Made by a program: the position numbers and the translations under genes | Shown: positions 29,516-41,300 of the stretch, piece by piece | Numbering within the stretch: position 1 is the first letter of the stretch | Layout: each line of letters begins with the position of its first letter | Assembly: GCA_977020255.1 (NCBI GenBank) | Contig: CDROCS010005958.1 | Coordinates: 1 to 64,000 of the forward strand | DNA length: 64,000 bases | Origin: Obrimoposthia wandeli | Lineage: Eukaryota | Direction of reading: 5' to 3' | The notes under the pieces: generated by a model | The model's input: only the letters and a program-made list of their open reading frames with translations | Database searches by the model: none | What the model was told of the DNA's origin: nothing

Positions 29516-30450
29516 AGGTTTGTCTCCTTTTGAGAGTGAACTAAATTGACAAAAATTTCTTCTAACGAGCTTTCACAAGAATTTAAATCTTTTACCTGTA
29601 AATTCGCTTTATTAAGCTCAACAAGTAAGTTTGCAATACCATTTTCTGGTTGTTGCATATCGTAGCTGTAGTGTATTTCCCAGCCGTCTTTTACCAATTG
29701 TAATTGATAGCTAGCTAGAGAGTCGGGTAAAGTATCGGTCGGTTGTTGTAACTGTATAATGAGTGTTTTTTGTCCAAGTTTATTCATTAATACCGATTTT
29801 TCTTCAACTAACACGATGCTACCCTTATTGATCACTCCAATGCGATCAGCCATTTCTTCAGCCTCTTCAATGTAGTGGGTAGTCAGTAAAATAGTAACAC
29901 CGCTATCTCTTAACTCACGCACCATATTCCACATATCCCGGCGAAGCTCTACATCTACTCCGGCGGTTGGTTCATCTAAAAATAGGATAGTTGGTTCGTG
30001 TGATAAGGCCTTGGCTATCATTACTCTGCGTTTCATGCCGCCAGATAACTCGCGGATTTTAGCGTTTCTTTTATCCCAAAGCGAAAGCTGGCGTAAGATC
30101 TTTTCAATGTAGGCATCATTAGGTGGTTTGCCAAACAAGCCTCGGCTAAAGCGTACGGTTGAAAAAACACTCTCAAAGGCATCGGTCGTTAATTCTTGCG
30201 GCACTAAGCCTATCTTACTACGCGCTTGGCGGTAATCCTTAATAATATCGCAGCCATCCGCCACGACGGTACCGCCAGTGGCTGTGACAATGCCGCAAAT
30301 GATACTAATAAGCGTGGTTTTTCCAGCACCGTTAGGACCTAATAAAGCAAAAATTTCACCTCGCTTAATTTTTAGGTTTACATTGCTCAAAGCGCTAAAG
30401 CCCGAGCTATAGGTTTTACTTAGTTCACTAATATTGATGATAGAGGGCAC
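29512..30450 (-). CDS. ABC transporter ATP-binding protein (YadG-like)
   Basis: [25 protein letters not shown] and TTHYIEEAE. Confidence 0.92.
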   Translation of the reverse strand: MPSIINISELSKTYSSGFSALSNVNLKIKRGEIFALLGPNGAGKTTLISIICGIVTATGGTVVADGCDIIKDYRQARSKIGLVPQELTTDAFESVFSTVRFSRGLFGKPPNDAYIEKILRQLSLWDKRNAKIRELSGGMKRRVMIAKALSHEPTILFLDEPTAGVDVELRRDMWNMVRELRDSGVTILLTTHYIEEAEEMADRIGVINKGSIVLVEEKSVLMNKLGQKTLIIQLQQPTDTLPDSLASYQLQLVKDGWEIHYSYDMQQPENGIANLLVELNKANLQVKDLNSCESSLEEIFVNLVHSQKETNL

Positions 30451-30649
30451 AAAAACTCCTTTTGTACAAAGAAACCTAACGAGAGTAGGTCTATATTTGT
30501 CTATTAGAAATACTGATCTAGTTATTTTAAGTGATCATTTTTATCAACCAAGAACCCCGCTGCAAGCTATCTTACCGAGGCTAGACTTCATTTTGCGAAG
30601 CGGATTATGTAAATTTCTTTATAATAGGTTGGTTGCCCAGATTACCCTT

Positions 30650-30676
30650 AATGAACTAGGCTACGCTTAATTCATC
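30650..30676 (-). repeat. REP-like 27-bp palindrome, copy 6 (reverse orientation)
   Basis: Reverse complement reads GATGAATTAAGC-GTA-GCCTAGTTCATT. Confidence 0.7.
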
Positions 30677-30848
30677 TCTATTAAACAACATAAATCACAT
30701 AGGCTTGCGGATACATACTAGGTTAAAATTCACAGAGAGTTCGCAGTGAATAGATCGAGATAAAGGCTAAATTGAAATATAATCTGATATTCAAGATGAT
30801 GACAATAACAGATATCTGATGAGCTGTTTAAAAATCAGCATAAATTAA

Positions 30849-32213
30849 ATGAAAAACTTGGAAAAACTTATGAACAATAATTCTTTTAATCACCAATCTC
30901 TCAATAACTGGCAGCAAAGTCATCCTCTACTGCAACAAATGAGTCAAAAAAAAGCGGTGTTTTGGGTTAACGATAAATACCAAGAGCAAGTTGAAAAACC
31001 ATCACTTAGTTTGTCTGATATTGAAGATGCCAGTGAAAGGCTGCAGCGATTTGCTGCGTATATGATCAAAGTGTTCCCTGAGACACAGGCGAGTAAAGGC
31101 ATTATAGAGTCACCGTTGAAACCAATTAATGCAATGCATAATGTGTTGGCAGATATTTACGATGTCGTATTGAGCGGCGCATTATTTTTGAAATGCGATA
31201 GCCATTTACCTATATCAGGGTCGGTAAAAGCAAGAGGGGGCATCTATGAAATTATTAAACATGCTGAAACAATTGCGATGCAAGCAGGCTTACTAAATGA
31301 AACCGATGATTATGCAATAATTGATTCAAGCGCTTTTAAAGCCTTGTTTGCCAAACACAGCGTGGTCGTTGGATCCACTGGTAATTTAGGTTTAAGTATT
31401 GGCATTATGAGTGCGCAACTCGGGTTTAAGGTCACTGTTCATATGTCGGCAGATGCACGTGCTTGGAAGAAGCAGTTATTACGTAGTAAAGGTGTAATTG
31501 TTATTGAATACGATGAGGATTATTCCAAAGCGGTAGAGCAAGGCAGATTAGAAGCGCAAAACACCGCCAACTGTCATTTTGTTGATGATGAAAATTCTCA
31601 AGACTTATTTTTAGGCTATGCCGTTGCAGCGCTGCGCCTACAACAGCAATTAAAAGAGCAGAGCATTACAGTGGATGCGCAACATCCACTGTTTGTTTAT
31701 TTACCCTGTGGTGTTGGTGGTGCTCCTGGAGGTATTGGCTTTGGTTTGAAACAAGTGTTTGGTGAGCACGTACATTGCTTTTTTGCTGAACCAACAGCCG
31801 CACCTTGTATGTTGTTGGGTATGTATAGCGGATTACACGATGCGATATGTGTTCAAGATATTGGCGTAGACGGCGCTACTTGCGCCGATGGTTTGGCAGT
31901 AGGACGCCCTTCTGCATTTGTCGGCCGTTTTATGCAAACATTGCTCAGTGGTATTTACACCATAACAGATGATGACATGTATAAATTACTTGCGCTGATG
32001 AAAGATAACGAAGGTATTGAATTAGAACCCTCTGCATTAGCAGGGGTAGTGGGTATTCAAAAAATCCAGACACAAGGGAGTGGGTATATTGACAAGCATA
32101 GCCTAGGATCTGTGATGAAAAATGCAACGCACATTGCCTGGGCCACTGGTGGAAATATGGTACCTGAACAAGAGCGGGAGCAGTATTACAATATCGGTAA
32201 AGCTTTGCTTTAG
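30849..32213 (+). CDS. dsdA: D-serine ammonia-lyase
   Basis: [18 protein letters not shown] (PLP Lys), [38 protein letters not shown] and WATGG. Confidence 0.93.
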   Translation: MKNLEKLMNNNSFNHQSLNNWQQSHPLLQQMSQKKAVFWVNDKYQEQVEKPSLSLSDIEDASERLQRFAAYMIKVFPETQASKGIIESPLKPINAMHNVLADIYDVVLSGALFLKCDSHLPISGSVKARGGIYEIIKHAETIAMQAGLLNETDDYAIIDSSAFKALFAKHSVVVGSTGNLGLSIGIMSAQLGFKVTVHMSADARAWKKQLLRSKGVIVIEYDEDYSKAVEQGRLEAQNTANCHFVDDENSQDLFLGYAVAALRLQQQLKEQSITVDAQHPLFVYLPCGVGGAPGGIGFGLKQVFGEHVHCFFAEPTAAPCMLLGMYSGLHDAICVQDIGVDGATCADGLAVGRPSAFVGRFMQTLLSGIYTITDDDMYKLLALMKDNEGIELEPSALAGVVGIQKIQTQGSGYIDKHSLGSVMKNATHIAWATGGNMVPEQEREQYYNIGKALL

Positions 32214-32453
32214 AAGTGTTATTTTAAGATAAGTATCATAAAAATAGCCGCTACATTAAACACGCTGCGCAGCGTCATAGCTGCGCATTGTTGTTAAATT
32301 AAGCTTTTTGTTGCTCTGAATTATCACCGCAGTTCGATTTAAGAATATTGATCATTTTATAGAGTGGGACCTACCCACTTTACACGGCCTACAATCACAA
32401 ATAATCTGCACCACGTAAGAGAAAATATCTAGCTCATTTAGACTTAGAGTCGT

Positions 32454-33137
32454 TTATAAAGCTTTGCCACCGACTTTACCTTCAGCCCAACTGGCAAAGC
32501 GTAGTACTGGATAACAATAAACAAAGTAGAGCGCTGCTATAAGGCCGTAGATAAACATGGTATCACCAGGCATACGTAAAATAGCCGTTTCACCCTGACG
32601 CGTTAGCTCAGAAATACCGATAACTGATAATACTGCCGTACTTTTAATAACGATTACATAAACACTCGCCATTGGTGGTACTGTCAACTTTAACGCTTGA
32701 GGTACAACAACATAAAACAATGCTTGAGCTTTACTCATACCACATGAGCGCGCGGCTTCTTCTTGTCCTTCAGGCACTGCATAAATAGCAGATGCAACGA
32801 TCGCCGTTACATAACTGGCAGTGTACAGTGTGAGCGAAATAACAGCTGCTGTGTAGCTGTCAAATTCTAGTGCGGAAATACCCGTTGAAGGCAGTACAAA
32901 ATAAATCAAGTACAGCTGTACTAAATAAGGTGTCCCTCTAAAAACATGTAAATAGCTATCTATACAGATTCGCAGCACTTTAGTGTCTAATGTTTTTAAA
33001 ATGCCGAGCATCGCTCCAAGTAAACTACCGCAAACAATTGCTACGATAGACACTTCAAAAGTACTTTGTAGGCCCGCCAGCAAAAAAGGTGACAAGCTGT
33101 CTATTATTTGCCATTTGGCACTTAACCATTCTAACAT
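32454..33137 (-). CDS. Polar amino acid ABC transporter permease
   Basis: FRGTPYLVQLY and the EAA loop VPEGQEEAARSCGMS. Confidence 0.9.
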   Translation of the reverse strand: MLEWLSAKWQIIDSLSPFLLAGLQSTFEVSIVAIVCGSLLGAMLGILKTLDTKVLRICIDSYLHVFRGTPYLVQLYLIYFVLPSTGISALEFDSYTAAVISLTLYTASYVTAIVASAIYAVPEGQEEAARSCGMSKAQALFYVVVPQALKLTVPPMASVYVIVIKSTAVLSVIGISELTRQGETAILRMPGDTMFIYGLIAALYFVYCYPVLRFASWAEGKVGGKAL

Positions 33138-33146
33138 TTTAGCCCC

Positions 33147-33857
33147 CTAGTTCGTGCTTTCGCCGCCTAATTTACGTTGAATAAACCCAGATGCAATCAG
33201 CATCATGAGATAAATAAGTAAATAGCAAAACGCAGTCGTTAAATAACTTTCAGTCGCTATAACTGTTTCTGAAAACATTTGTAAACCTGCACCCATTAAC
33301 TCAAATACCGCAATAATACTGAGCAACGAAGTATCTTTTACTAATACCACTGTCTGCCCTAACAATGGTGAAATAACTTTGGCAATAGCTTGTGGCAAAA
33401 TAATGTAATACATCGTCTGAAATTTGCTCATACCGACAGCCATCGCACCTTCTCTCTGTTTATTAGAGATAGATAAAATTCCCGTGCGGATTATTTCTGC
33501 CATATAAGGCGTTGTATGGATAGTTAAAGCAATGATTCCGGTTTCGGTTTCATCAAAAAAATTACCGATTAAACTCGGTAAGCCGTAATAAATTAAATAA
33601 ATTTGGATTAGCAGCGGTGTGGCGCGAATAAACTGTATATAGGCTGCAGCAGTACGCCAAATAATCGATACAGATGACATGCGCATCAAAGCGATAAAGA
33701 TGCCAAAAAATAGTGACAACGCGAGACAGATAAGAGAGATCCAAAGCGTTGCTATGATACCATTGAAGAATACATCAGCGTATTCACCAACGATTCGGTA
33801 GTTAAAATAGTCGAGTAGCCAAGACATAGGCGGCCTCAAAAAACCGGTAGCAAGCAT
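33147..33857 (-). CDS. Polar amino acid ABC transporter permease
   Basis: IRATPLLIQIY, AEIIRTGI and VKDTSL. Confidence 0.9.
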   Translation of the reverse strand: MLATGFLRPPMSWLLDYFNYRIVGEYADVFFNGIIATLWISLICLALSLFFGIFIALMRMSSVSIIWRTAAAYIQFIRATPLLIQIYLIYYGLPSLIGNFFDETETGIIALTIHTTPYMAEIIRTGILSISNKQREGAMAVGMSKFQTMYYIILPQAIAKVISPLLGQTVVLVKDTSLLSIIAVFELMGAGLQMFSETVIATESYLTTAFCYLLIYLMMLIASGFIQRKLGGESTN

Positions 33858-33951
33858 GATTTACGATGCAATGTTCAATGTTTGTAGCGGTAGAAAAAGA
33901 GAATAACTGGGGCGCCTAACACGACCCAGCGAGAATTTGAACTCAGTATAT

Positions 33952-34746
33952 TTACTTGTGATCAACTTCCCAATCTGTACTGTTCCACCAGTAATCAAGC
34001 ATTTTTTGCTTGCTTCCATCATGCTCAATCAACTGCATGTAGTTATTAAGCGCTAATAACAAGTGCATAGAGTCAGGGCGTACAGCAAAACCTAGTGGCT
34101 CTTTACGCATGAATCCTACAACTGTTAGCTCTGGGTACTGTTTAGTATAAGTCGCTAAGCTAGCACGATCAGAAATACCTGCATCAATACGACCACCTAG
34201 AACAGCTTGAACTGTCTGAGGAGTACCACCAGCATATTCTTTAAGCTTAGCATTTGGTAGTAATTCACGTGCAAGACCTGCGTAGCTTGACGCTTGAGTC
34301 GCACCTAAAGTGTACTGCTTGTCGTTTAGCAAGTTCCACTTAGTGAAGCCTTTGTCTTTTTTAGCGAACATTACATTCTCAGCAAAGAACGCAGGGTCTG
34401 TGAACAACACTTGCATATGACGCTTTGCTGTCGGTGTCATATCTGCAGCAATAAAATCAACCTTTCCCGATTTAAGTGCAGGGATTAATCCTTTCCAATC
34501 ATAATCTTTAACTTCAAGCTCTACGCCCATGTCATCGGCAAATTTCTGTGCCAAATCAATCGCAAGGCCGGTACGCTTACCATTCTTGTCGATAAAGCTA
34601 GTAGGTGGTCCTTGAGTTTGAACCGCAATGCTCATTTTCCCGGTTTTAACGATTTTTTCCATCGTTGTTTCAGCGCTGACTGTTGTTACAGCAAAAGCTG
34701 CGACCCAAGTCGCTGCTACTAAAAGCGTTTTTTTGAAGTTGAACAT
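33952..34746 (-). CDS. Polar amino acid ABC transporter substrate-binding protein (SBP family 3)
   Basis: Signal peptide; WKGLIPALKSGKVDFI and MTPTAKR (conserved Arg for the alpha-carboxylate). Confidence 0.9.
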   Translation of the reverse strand: MFNFKKTLLVAATWVAAFAVTTVSAETTMEKIVKTGKMSIAVQTQGPPTSFIDKNGKRTGLAIDLAQKFADDMGVELEVKDYDWKGLIPALKSGKVDFIAADMTPTAKRHMQVLFTDPAFFAENVMFAKKDKGFTKWNLLNDKQYTLGATQASSYAGLARELLPNAKLKEYAGGTPQTVQAVLGGRIDAGISDRASLATYTKQYPELTVVGFMRKEPLGFAVRPDSMHLLLALNNYMQLIEHDGSKQKMLDYWWNSTDWEVDHK

Positions 34747-34800
34747 TAATATTTCCCCATTATTATGCTTAGTTGATTTTATATTCTGTTGGTGTTTTTT

Positions 34801-35574
34801 CTAAAGAATTTGCTGTAAGAACTTCTGGGCTCGTTCGGTTTTAGGGTTGTCAAAAAACTCTGCAGGATCACCCTCTTCAACGATTGCTCCCGCATCCATA
34901 AAGATGACCCGATCCGCTACTTCTCGGGCAAAGCCCATTTCATGAGTAACAACAGCCATCGTCATACCATCTTTAGCCAGTTGCTTCATGAGATCTAATA
35001 CCCCATTGACTGTTTCAGGGTCTAAGGCAGAAGTTGCTTCATCGAACAGCATCATTTTAGGTTTCATCGCCAATGCTCTAGCAATCGCAACACGTTGTTG
35101 CTGACCACCTGATAGTTGGCGCGGGTAATTGCTCTCACGATCGGGAATGCCCACTTTTTGTAGTAATTCACGAGCGCCTTCTTCCGCTTCAGCAAGTCCT
35201 CTTTTAAGAACAACTCGCTGTGGCAATACAATATTTTCCAAACAAGTTTTATGCTCAAACAGATTGAAGTGTTGGAAAACCATCCCCACTTCAGTACGTA
35301 GCGCATTCATATCGGTCTTTTTATCTGCTAGATTGACACCATCCAGTATAATACTACCTTCATCAATGCTCTCTAAGCCGTTCAGTGTGCGCAATAAAGT
35401 ACTCTTACCAGAACCACTAGGGCCGATAATAACGACTACTTCTCCGGGATATATCTGGTTGGAAACATTGTCTAGCGCCAGTACACTTGTTTTGCCTTTA
35501 TCCACGCTAAAACGACGCGATACGCCGTTAATTTTTACGATAGGTTCTGGAGATTTCACTAAACTTTTCCTCAA
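34801..35574 (-). CDS. Polar amino acid ABC transporter ATP-binding protein
   Basis: [31 protein letters not shown] and [10 protein letters not shown]. Confidence 0.93.
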   Translation of the reverse strand: MRKSLVKSPEPIVKINGVSRRFSVDKGKTSVLALDNVSNQIYPGEVVVIIGPSGSGKSTLLRTLNGLESIDEGSIILDGVNLADKKTDMNALRTEVGMVFQHFNLFEHKTCLENIVLPQRVVLKRGLAEAEEGARELLQKVGIPDRESNYPRQLSGGQQQRVAIARALAMKPKMMLFDEATSALDPETVNGVLDLMKQLAKDGMTMAVVTHEMGFAREVADRVIFMDAGAIVEEGDPAEFFDNPKTERAQKFLQQIL

Positions 35575-35981
35575 CTAAACTTATTCAAAATAAAACTACT
35601 TAAAATATGGCGATGCTCAATCAGCGACTGCATAGCAAACGACAAAGCATTTAACTCCAATTATTAAAGTTGGCAGCAGACTCATCTTTAACAATATATT
35701 TTCAATATGACTGCAAATAGTAACTTATGATCTTCATGAACAGGGTGTGCTGAGATCTGATGTTCGCATTAGATGTAACGTTATTACGCAAGCTGACAGC
35801 CCTCTTTAGTTTGTAGGGCCTATACTTTTAAATCGATAAATTAATGTACATCACTAAATAAGCACTAACAATTAACAATATGCTAATAAAGTGAGCAATG
35901 TATAGCAATGTGTAATAAATTGCTAACTTTATGCTAGGCTTGGGACTTTATTCAAAAATCCACAGATAATTATTAGGTATA

Positions 35982-36413
35982 TTGGCGATGGAACTTGAAC
36001 AACGAGATAAAAAATTGATAGCCCTTTTATTACAAAATGGACGAGAGTCTGTTGTTTCCCTCAGTAAGAAACTTGGCGTTTCCAGAGCAACTGTTCAAAA
36101 TCGTATTGATACACTTCAGCGTCGTAAAATCATCAAAGGCTTTACTGTATTATTCAATGATGAATATGAAAAGCGGCTATTACGTGTGCTAATGTCAGTA
36201 AATCTGCGAGCGGGTACCTCACGGGCCGTCATTAAAAATTTACGCACACGCCCTCAAGTGACTAAAATTCTCTCTGTCAGTGGTGTATACGACTTAGTAA
36301 TAGAGTTAACCGTAGAAACGACTGTAGAGCTAGACATACAAGTCGATGATATCCGCGAAATTGATGGTATCGAAAACACCATTTCTTCGGTAATACTTGC
36401 TGATTACTACTGA
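35982..36413 (+). CDS. Lrp/AsnC family regulator
   Basis: DKKLIALLLQNGRESVVSLSKKLGVSRATVQNRI HTH and VSGVYDL. Confidence 0.92.
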   Translation: MAMELEQRDKKLIALLLQNGRESVVSLSKKLGVSRATVQNRIDTLQRRKIIKGFTVLFNDEYEKRLLRVLMSVNLRAGTSRAVIKNLRTRPQVTKILSVSGVYDLVIELTVETTVELDIQVDDIREIDGIENTISSVILADYY

Positions 36414-36422
36414 TTTAATAGA

Positions 36423-36449
36423 GACGAATTAGGCGTAGCCTAAATCATC
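36423..36449 (+). repeat. REP-like 27-bp palindrome, copy 7 (start of a ~105-bp shared module)
   Basis: GACGAATTAGGC-GTA-GCCTAAATCATC, 9 bp after the Lrp stop. Confidence 0.8.
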
Positions 36450-36804
36450 AAGGGCAAACTCTCTGCATCTGAAGGCGTGAATTTATTAGCACAAAAAGAC
36501 CCTAGAAATACCCCGTTTCACGTAGCGAGGGGCTTTATTATCATTTATACGGCTGGGTTGCTTAACTTCACCAGTCCATTGCGGTCAATATTCTACAAGT
36601 AATTATTTCAAATATTACATTTTGAAATAATTACTTAGCAAAATGTTATTAAATAGTTACAGTTCTAACTTATTGCTCGCTTGTTTGTACATATTCTACT
36701 CGTTACAATTTTCCAATCATATTACTGCCTCTGCGATAGGTTAGCCCATCCTATATGAAGCACTAATTGTCCTCTCATGATAAGAGATTATTGGATTTAT
36801 ATAG

Positions 36805-38058
36805 ATGAAATACAACTTTACAGCCATCCTTAAACAAGCCCTTAATGGCCAGCGTGGTTGGCCACGTGCCTGGCGCAACGCGACACCTAAGCCGCACTAC
36901 GACGCGATCATTATCGGTGGGGGTGGTCACGGCTTAGCCGCCGCTTATTATCTCGCAAAAAATCACGGTATTACCAATGTAGCCGTATTAGAAAAAGGCT
37001 GGATAGGTGGCGGAAATGCAGGGCGCAACACAACCATCGTGCGCTCTAACTACGAGCTACAAAGCAATGCGCGTTTTTATGAACACTCATTAAAGCTTTG
37101 GGAAAACCTGAGTGAAGAGCTCAACTTCAATACCATGTTTTCTCAGCGCGGCGCGATGATCGTGGCACAAAATGACGGCAGTGTTGATTACTTACTCAAA
37201 CGCGGTAATGCGATGCGCTTGCAAGGTATCGATGCACAGTGGTTATCACCGGACGAAGTTCGCAGTGAGCTGCGCGGCGTGTACAGCAACGAAAATGCAC
37301 GTCTTCCTATTTACGGCGGCCTAATGCAACGCCGTGGCGGAACCGCGCGGCACGATGCATTGATTTGGGGTTATGCCCGTGCAGCCAGTGCTTTAGGTGT
37401 GGACATCATTGAAAACTGCGAAGTTACCGACTTTGTTATTCAAGGCGAAAAAGTACTCGGAGTACAAACCAATCAAGGCAAGATTCTAGGGGGCGCTACG
37501 GCACTCAGTGTCGCTGGTCACTCAGGACACCTCGCAGCGAAAGCAGGTATTCGCCTGCCACTAGAAAGCCATTTGCTGCAAGCGTTCGTCACAGAACCTG
37601 TTAAACCTTTAATAGATACCGTGGCGGTTTTTAGTGGTCTGGAACTCTATATTAGTCAGTCGGATAAAGGCGGGCTGGTGTTCGGTGGCGAGCTTGATGG
37701 CTACAACTCTTACTCTCAACGCGGCTCTTTTTCACGCAGCCGCGACATCATGAAAGCAGCTGCAACTTATTTTCCAATGATCAGCCGTTTAAAGGTATTG
37801 CGTCAATGGGCCGGAGTAGTTGATATGAGTATGGATGGCAGCCCTATTATGCATTGCGGCCCGCTGGATAATTTATATCTCAATGCAGGTTGGTGTTATG
37901 GCGGTTTTAAAGGTACACCCGCCGCTGGGTGGTGCTTAGCTCACAGTATCGCAGAAAACAAATCCCATCCGTTAAGTGAGGGCTTTAGTTTAGACCGCTT
38001 CAAAAGTGGCCGTACTATCGATGAACCAGGTACTGGCCCTGTACCAAATGCTCACTAA
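36805..38058 (+). CDS. soxB: Heterotetrameric sarcosine oxidase-like beta subunit
   Basis: IIGGGGHGLAAAYYLAKNHGITNVAVLEKGWIGGGNAGRNTTIVRSNY, GTARHD and GWCYGGFKGTP. Confidence 0.92.
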   Translation: MKYNFTAILKQALNGQRGWPRAWRNATPKPHYDAIIIGGGGHGLAAAYYLAKNHGITNVAVLEKGWIGGGNAGRNTTIVRSNYELQSNARFYEHSLKLWENLSEELNFNTMFSQRGAMIVAQNDGSVDYLLKRGNAMRLQGIDAQWLSPDEVRSELRGVYSNENARLPIYGGLMQRRGGTARHDALIWGYARAASALGVDIIENCEVTDFVIQGEKVLGVQTNQGKILGGATALSVAGHSGHLAAKAGIRLPLESHLLQAFVTEPVKPLIDTVAVFSGLELYISQSDKGGLVFGGELDGYNSYSQRGSFSRSRDIMKAAATYFPMISRLKVLRQWAGVVDMSMDGSPIMHCGPLDNLYLNAGWCYGGFKGTPAAGWCLAHSIAENKSHPLSEGFSLDRFKSGRTIDEPGTGPVPNAH

Positions 38059-38079
38059 TGACTACCTAGAGAAATTACT

Positions 38080-38373
38080 ATGAACCGAATTCCCTGTCCT
38101 CATTGCGGCGAGCGTGATTTAGAAGAATTTTACTACGGTGGCGACGCCACTCTGCAGCGTCCATCAATGGATGATGAATCACTTGAACGCTGGCACGATT
38201 TTGTCTATTTACGCGATAACCCACGCGGCCCACACACTGAACTTTGGTATCACTCAAGTGGCTGTAGACGCTGGTTTAAACTAGTACGAGATACGCTGAC
38301 TCATCAAATATCTGCCATTGATCAAAACAATACCTCGACAGTTAGCGCCAAGTTAGGAAACGAGCATGTTTAA
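38080..38373 (+). CDS. soxD: Sarcosine oxidase-like delta subunit
   Basis: CPHCG...WYHSSGCRRW zinc ligands. Confidence 0.92.
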   Translation: MNRIPCPHCGERDLEEFYYGGDATLQRPSMDDESLERWHDFVYLRDNPRGPHTELWYHSSGCRRWFKLVRDTLTHQISAIDQNNTSTVSAKLGNEHV

Positions 38374-41300
38374 ATCTAAAATCGATAACTTGCGCCTCTC
38401 TACCGGTGGTGCCATTGACAGAACAGAAGTATTGGAGTTTAGCTTTAATGGCCAAACGCTGAGCGGCTTTCAAGGTGACACTGTTGCTTCAGCGCTGGCC
38501 GCCAACGGTATTAAATTACTGGCGCGCAGCTTTAAGTACCATCGCCCTCGAGGTCTTTATAGTGCGGGGCCAGAGGAGCCGAATGCATTATTGAGTATAG
38601 AAATTGGTGGCCGTACTGAAGTGAATGCTCGCACTACAATGGTCGCGCTACAGCAAGGTATGCGTTTGCGTTCTCAAAATTGCAGCCCTTGTGTTAACTT
38701 TGATTTTTTGGCTATCAACGACAAACTATCTGCTCTTCTTAGCGCCGGTTTTTACTACAAAACCTTCATTTGGCCAGGATTAAAAGGTTGGATGTTTTAT
38801 GAAAATATTATTCGTAAAGCAGCAGGCATGGGAAATACTGGATTACAGGCTGATAATGCAAAATATGAGCACATCCATCTGCACTGCGATTTACTGATTG
38901 TTGGGGCGGGTATTGCTGGAGTTAATGCAGCACTTGCAGCAGCAAATGGTGGTCTCGATGTGATTTTAGTCGAGCAACATCAAGCAATTGGTGGGCGTCT
39001 TTGCGAGCACCCACAACATGTCATTTGGTTACACCGCGCTGAGCAAGAAATTAGCGACCATAAAAATGTTCGCTTAATGACACAAACGACGGCCTTTGGC
39101 GCGTACGATAATCAAATCTATACTTTATTAGCACGCAATACCGCATCACCCATTATATTAGAGCAACTATTTGAAGTTAATGCCAAGCACTGCATCACTA
39201 CTACCGGTGCTATTGAACGACCATTAGTGTTTGCCAATAATGACTTACCCGGTATCCAGCTGGCCGGTGCTGCACAAACTTATCTACACCGTTATGCCAC
39301 ATTACCTGGGCGCGAGATTGTTATTTTTTGTAACAATAATAGTGCCTATCAAGTCGCAGCAGATTTACTAGATGCTGGCGCAAAGGTCACTGCATTGGTT
39401 GAGATACGTGCGCAAGAAGAGGTCAAATTGGATGCCCCACTTCGAAATAAAATACAAAGCTCTGCCATTCAGTTACATTACAATACGGCTGTTAGCTGTG
39501 CCAAAGGTAATAAAAGAGTACGTAGCGTAGCACTCAAGCCTACTGATTCTTTTACTACGAGGTCTTCAAGTACTCAGCCAATGATACTGCAATGCGATAC
39601 TTTGCTCGTATCTGGTGGCTGGTCACCCACAGCACATTTACACAGCCAAAGTGGCGGTAAACTGAAATACGATGCAGCCGTCGCTGCGCTTATCCCTATC
39701 CAAAGTAGTAGCGAAATATTCAGTGTCGGTGCAGCTGCAGGCGATTTTAGTGTGTCTAATACGGCAAAAAGTGCATGGAAATTAGGCTTGAATTTAGCCG
39801 AAAGTAATGATGCACAACCCTCTTGGCTAATGATTAATCATAGCGAAAATGCCTATCAAATCAGCCCTGTGTGGTCCGTTGCAGGTCGTGGAAAAGCATT
39901 CGTCGATTTACAACACGATGTTAGCACTGCCGATATCGCTCTGGCGGCACGCGAAGGTTATCAATCAGTTGAGCATTTAAAGCGCTACACCACGCTGGGT
40001 ATGGGGACCGATCAAGGAAAGCTAAGTAACGTCAACGCACTTGCACTGATGGCAGAACAGCTAGGACAAAGCATAGATCAAACCGGAACTACCCGTTTTC
40101 GACCTCCTTATACACCGGTTACTGTCGGTGCCTGGGGAGGAAATGAAACGGGTCATCATCTTACTCCAAGGCGTCGCACGCCAATGCAACAATGGCACGT
40201 AGATAATGGCGGTTATTTTAATATCAGTGGTCCCTGGCAGCGCGCCACCGACTATCGCCGCCAAGGTGAATCAAAAAAAGCGGCAGTGATTCGCGAAGTA
40301 ACACATGTGAGAGCGCAAGCAGGTTTAGTGGATGTATCTACCTTAGGTAAAATACGCTTGTGTGGCCCTGATGCATTGCAGTTATTGAATCTCGTTTATG
40401 TGAACAGCTTTGATACACTTAACATTGCCCGTGTCCGCTACGGTATTATGCTACGCGAAGATGGGTTAGTGTTTGATGATGGCACCGTGATACGCCTCGC
40501 TACTGATGACTATTTAATTACCACCACCACCGCTAAAGCACCCTTAGTGATGCGCCATTTAGATAGGCTCACCCAGGTTGATTGGCCTGAACTCGAAGTT
40601 GCTTGTACCAGTGTGACAGATCAATATGCGGCGATGGCTATCGCTGGGCCTAAAAGCCGTGAAATTCTACAAGGGTGCATTGCCGATATTGATTTTAGTG
40701 ACGAGACTCTGCCTTTTATGGGCTACGCCTGTGGGCATTTAGGGCAAGTGCCTATCGAAATTTGCCGCATCAGTTTCAGCGGTGAATTAGCCTATGAACT
40801 ATATACGGGCGCAGACTATGGCAGCTTGTGCTGGCAGGCATTACTTGATCATGATACAGCGCTGCAAGTTTACGGTTTAGATGCGCTCGATACACTACGC
40901 ATTGAGAAAGGCCATCTCACTGGGGCGGAGATAGATGGCAGACGTAGCTTAGATGATATTGGTATGTCAGCGATGATGCGTGGCACAAAGTCTTTTATTG
41001 GTAGTGCACTAGCCAAGCGTTTTGAGTTACACAAAAGCGAAGAGCGGTTACAAATTGTCGGCCTTCGTTCAGTCGATCCTGAGCAGGCACTTGAAGAGGG
41101 AATGCATTTAATCGAAGAGGCTATCGATCTTGAAAAACACGATTCCCATGGGCAGATCAGCTCCGTTTGTTACAGCCCAATGGCTCACTCTGAAATAGCG
41201 CTGGCGCAATTACGTAATGGTCGCGCACGTGTGTGTGAAAAACTATGGGCAGTGTCGCCACTGCGTAACATGCGCGTAGAAGTAATGGTTGTTGACAGTT

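Noticed and set aside
35742-35760. TPP riboswitch (GGGTGTG-CTGAGA)
   Set aside because: The downstream ACCC/GAACCTGAT/GCGTAGG elements are absent and there is no thiamine-related gene.
36450-36540. c-di-GMP-I riboswitch (AGGGCAAAC start; GCGGGGTT in the 30550 region)
   Set aside because: The GAAA tetraloop and GACGCAAA elements are missing, and the sequence is part of a repeated intergenic module.
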